From the NCBI GenBank assembly GCA_035543515.1, contig DATKJS010000095.1, positions 24,633-88,632 of the forward strand: DNA of 64,000 bases, read 5' to 3'. The notes under the pieces were generated by a model. That model had not been told where the DNA came from and searched no databases. It saw only the letters and a program-made list of their open reading frames with translations. Position numbers and translations under genes: made by a program. Origin of the DNA: Terriglobales bacterium. Lineage in GTDB: Bacteria; Acidobacteriota; Aminicenantia; Aminicenantales; Saccharicenantaceae. This document shows, in pieces, positions 61,974-64,000 of this stretch (the first letter of the stretch is position 1; each line of letters opens with the position of its first letter).

Positions 61974-62912
61974 CTATCCCAGGAAACCCTTGATGGCCAG
62001 GCGCCGCGGCAGGATGTCGAACGTCGCCGGCAGCCGGCCCAGCTGTTCCCCGTCGAGCTCGAGCAGGACCTCGTCCCCTGCCTCGGGGACGGCCTCGACC
62101 CTCCGGCCGCGGACGAAGCCCACCTTCGAATAAGAGAGGTGGGTGCCGTTGGCCAGCTTCCATCCCTGAAGGCAAAACTCGAGGAACTTCATGCTCCGGA
62201 CGAGGACGGCGTCGAACAGGCCGTCATCGAGCCGGGCCAGGGGGGCGACCTTCATTCCCTTGCCGAAGATGCGGCCGTTGGCCACGGCGCCGATGAGGTA
62301 TTCGCCCTGGGGCAGGTTCTGCCCGTCGACGCGGATCCGGACCCGCTTGCTCCGGTATTGCAGCATCGTCGTGACCAGGCATCGGAGGTACGAGGAGGCC
62401 CGGCGCTCGAGCCGGCGCTGGTTGACCTTGCGGACGACCTCGCCCCCCAGGCCGAAGTCGGCGACGTTAAGGAAGAACCGCTCGTCTCTTCCGCCCTCGG
62501 GGGTCTCGAAGCGGACGCGGCCGACGTCCATGCGGACCGACGGGGCGCCGGTGATGACCTTGAGGGCGTTCGTCAGTCCGGGCGGGATGTTCAGGCTCTT
62601 GGTCAGGTCGCAGCCCGTCCCCGAGGGCACCAGGCCGAGGGTCGCCTCGGGGTTGATGATCCTCCGGTCCTCGAAGAACCCGTTGGCGATCTCGTTCATC
62701 GTCCCGTCGCCGCCGACGCCGATGACGAGCTCGGTCCCGTCCTTGATGACCTGGCGGGTGATCTCCGTCGCCTGGAGCGGCTTCTCGGTGAACTCGCACT
62801 TGTATTCGCGGAGGACGTTCTTCAGGGCCTCGCGGATGTGGCCCCAGCGCTTCCGGGTCCGGCCGCGGTTCGACTCCGGGTTGACGATGACGTGGGTCTT
62901 AAACCGTCCCAT
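61974..62912 (-). CDS. diacylglycerol-kinase-family lipid kinase (YegS/BmrU-like)
   Basis: Motifs are VIVNPESNRG, LVIGVGGDGTMNEIANG and GLVPSGTGCD. Confidence 0.85.
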   Translation of the reverse strand: MGRFKTHVIVNPESNRGRTRKRWGHIREALKNVLREYKCEFTEKPLQATEITRQVIKDGTELVIGVGGDGTMNEIANGFFEDRRIINPEATLGLVPSGTGCDLTKSLNIPPGLTNALKVITGAPSVRMDVGRVRFETPEGGRDERFFLNVADFGLGGEVVRKVNQRRLERRASSYLRCLVTTMLQYRSKRVRIRVDGQNLPQGEYLIGAVANGRIFGKGMKVAPLARLDDGLFDAVLVRSMKFLEFCLQGWKLANGTHLSYSKVGFVRGRRVEAVPEAGDEVLLELDGEQLGRLPATFDILPRRLAIKGFLG

Positions 62913-63456
62913 CGGGAGGGGGTCCTTGCGGGGGCTCAGTCGGACGGGTTGGCGAGGGGAGAGGCGCCTTCTTCCGGCCGAAGATGGAGACGCCGATGAC
63001 CCCGCCCAGGACGCCGAGGGCGGCGAAGATGGCGGCCGTAATGAACAGGTTGAGCAGGAACAGCCCGGGGGAGAAGACGCGCGGCGTGTTGCCGCGCTCG
63101 ACGAGGTCCCGCCATTGGCTGGGCATCTGCTGGGTGAAGCGGGAGAGGCCGGCGGCCAGCCTGCGGACGAAGGCCTCGTTGAAGGGGCGGAGGGGGAGCT
63201 CGATGATGGAAGAGACGACGGCCGCCGCCATGCCTGTCAGGGCCCCCACGAGGGCCCCATCCCCGGCCGTGAGCGAGCCGGGTGTCCGGTCGGCCAGGAG
63301 ATAGGCGGCCAGGACGCCGCCGCCGATGATCCAAAGGCAGCACAGGCAGTTGACGAGCGGGACGGCCGACAGGACGCCAGCCGCGGCGCCCGCGATCAGG
63401 GCAGGGACGAGATAGTCCGGCCCCCTCCCGTCCGTCGTCGATGCTGAACCGTTCAT
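62899..63456 (-). CDS. hypothetical membrane protein
   Basis: 185 aa with 4 TM segments. It contains the Cys cluster VNCLCCLW and a Pro-rich C-terminal tail. It overlaps the downstream lipid-kinase start by 14 nt. Confidence 0.6.
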   Translation of the reverse strand: MNGSASTTDGRGPDYLVPALIAGAAAGVLSAVPLVNCLCCLWIIGGGVLAAYLLADRTPGSLTAGDGALVGALTGMAAAVVSSIIELPLRPFNEAFVRRLAAGLSRFTQQMPSQWRDLVERGNTPRVFSPGLFLLNLFITAAIFAALGVLGGVIGVSIFGRKKAPLPSPTRPTEPPQGPPPDGTV

Positions 63457-63467
63457 GACGCCCTATT

Positions 63468-64000
63468 CTACGTTTTTTCTCCCCGGTTGGCAAGAGGCCG
63501 GCCCGAGCGCCACAGGACGAGCTCGACGACCCCCGTGACGAAATAGAAAGGCAGGATGAGGCCCCAGGCAAAGCCCGTGGCGGCCCGCAGCCCGTTCGGC
63601 GAGCTCCAGAGGCCGAACGCGCCGCCGGCGAAATCGAGGCTGATGGGGAGCGAGAGGAGGAGGAAGAGCCGCCCCGCCGGCAGCCCGATCCTGGAGAAAC
63701 CCCGGACGAAGGGGTACGCGAGGAGCCCGGCCAGGGCGCCGGCGTAGATCCCCAGGCAGCGGGCGCAGACCGCCAGCGGGAAACCGCGGACAAAGAACGA
63801 CCGGCTCGGTATCTGATGGCAGACCGGGGCGAAAACGGCGTAGAGGAAGGAGGAGGCGGCGGCGTCCCCGCGGCTGCGAAGATAGGGGGCCAGGAGGATG
63901 GCCGAGAGCCAAGCCAGGCTCGCGGCGAGGGCGAGGACGAAGACGGGGAGGGCGGCCCGGCGGACGGGACGCTCTCGAGCGGTTGCGGACGGTTCGGACA
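63468..64000 (-). CDS. DUF2085-family membrane protein; the N-terminus lies beyond the right window edge
   Basis: The minus-strand frame is open from the window edge to TAG (63470-63468). The translation is ...FLYAVFAPVCHQIPSRSFFVRGFPLAVCARCLGIYAG..., with the CHQ...CARC signature. It is not in the ORF track because no start falls in the window. The 149-aa ORF listed at 63463-63912 is a different frame. Confidence 0.7.
   Translation of the reverse strand, partial: SEPSATARERPVRRAALPVFVLALAASLAWLSAILLAPYLRSRGDAAASSFLYAVFAPVCHQIPSRSFFVRGFPLAVCARCLGIYAGALAGLLAYPFVRGFSRIGLPAGRLFLLLSLPISLDFAGGAFGLWSSPNGLRAATGFAWGLILPFYFVTGVVELVLWRSGRPLANRGEKT

Noticed and set aside
63463-63912. 149-aa minus-strand ORF from the track (MALGHPPGPLSS...)
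   Set aside because: A different minus-strand frame over the same DNA encodes a clear DUF2085-type membrane protein (PVCHQ...CARCLGIY). The listed ORF is Arg/Pro-rich and featureless.

Overview
The window is a 64-kb, high-GC bacterial chromosomal segment. Hand counts of single 60-nt lines give about 65-77 % GC over most of it. A lower-GC trough of about 42-58 % spans roughly 16.0-23.65 kb. I found no rRNA, tRNA, CRISPR array, transposase or integrase. Coding density is high, and many neighbouring genes overlap by 1-20 nt, often as ATGA.

The gene content falls into these blocks:
- 1.3-8.3 kb and 18.1-18.9 kb: a polyphosphate neighbourhood. A CHAD gene and a SixA-like gene lie divergent from a translationally coupled ROK-kinase/ppx/ppk1 operon. 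There is also a relic of a second Ppx/GppA gene and a PPK2 gene.
- 9.8-14.8 kb: a five-gene nonulosonic-acid operon. It contains NeuB, a NeuA fused to a KdsC-type phosphatase, an SDR, a Gfo/Idh/MocA oxidoreductase and a GT-B-like protein.
- 28.1-39.2 kb: a Pho block. It contains a porin, pstSCAB, phoU, an MBL hydrolase, a PHP/half-GT4 fusion and phoBR.
- 40.1-43.8 kb: a stand-alone dsrM-like/dsrK-like/dsrC module behind a consensus promoter, convergent with a class-V cysteine desulfurase.
- 44-64 kb: housekeeping genes. These are folK, yraN, cysS, split lysine-ketoglutarate reductase and saccharopine dehydrogenase genes, a Memo-like gene, hrcA-grpE-dnaK(lidless)-dnaJ-rsmE, a small Ser/Thr kinase, ilvE, pilT, alaS, an SLT-domain lytic transglycosylase, a lipid kinase and membrane proteins.

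The signals most worth following up are:
- YTTAAY-type repeats on a roughly 11-bp register upstream of four to five phosphate-related transcription units, a candidate Pho box. This would tie polyphosphate, pst, a secreted phosphoesterase and glycosyltransferase genes into one regulon.
- The orphan dsrMKC plus cysteine-desulfurase module.
- The NeuA-phosphatase fusion pathway.
- An Hsp70 lacking the helical lid in the canonical dnaK position.
- At least six gene relics (frameshifted, truncated or orphaned fragments).

All family assignments rest on motifs read from the supplied translations. No database search was run. Taxonomy cannot be fixed from this window. The content is compatible with an Acidobacteriota-like or related uncultured lineage.
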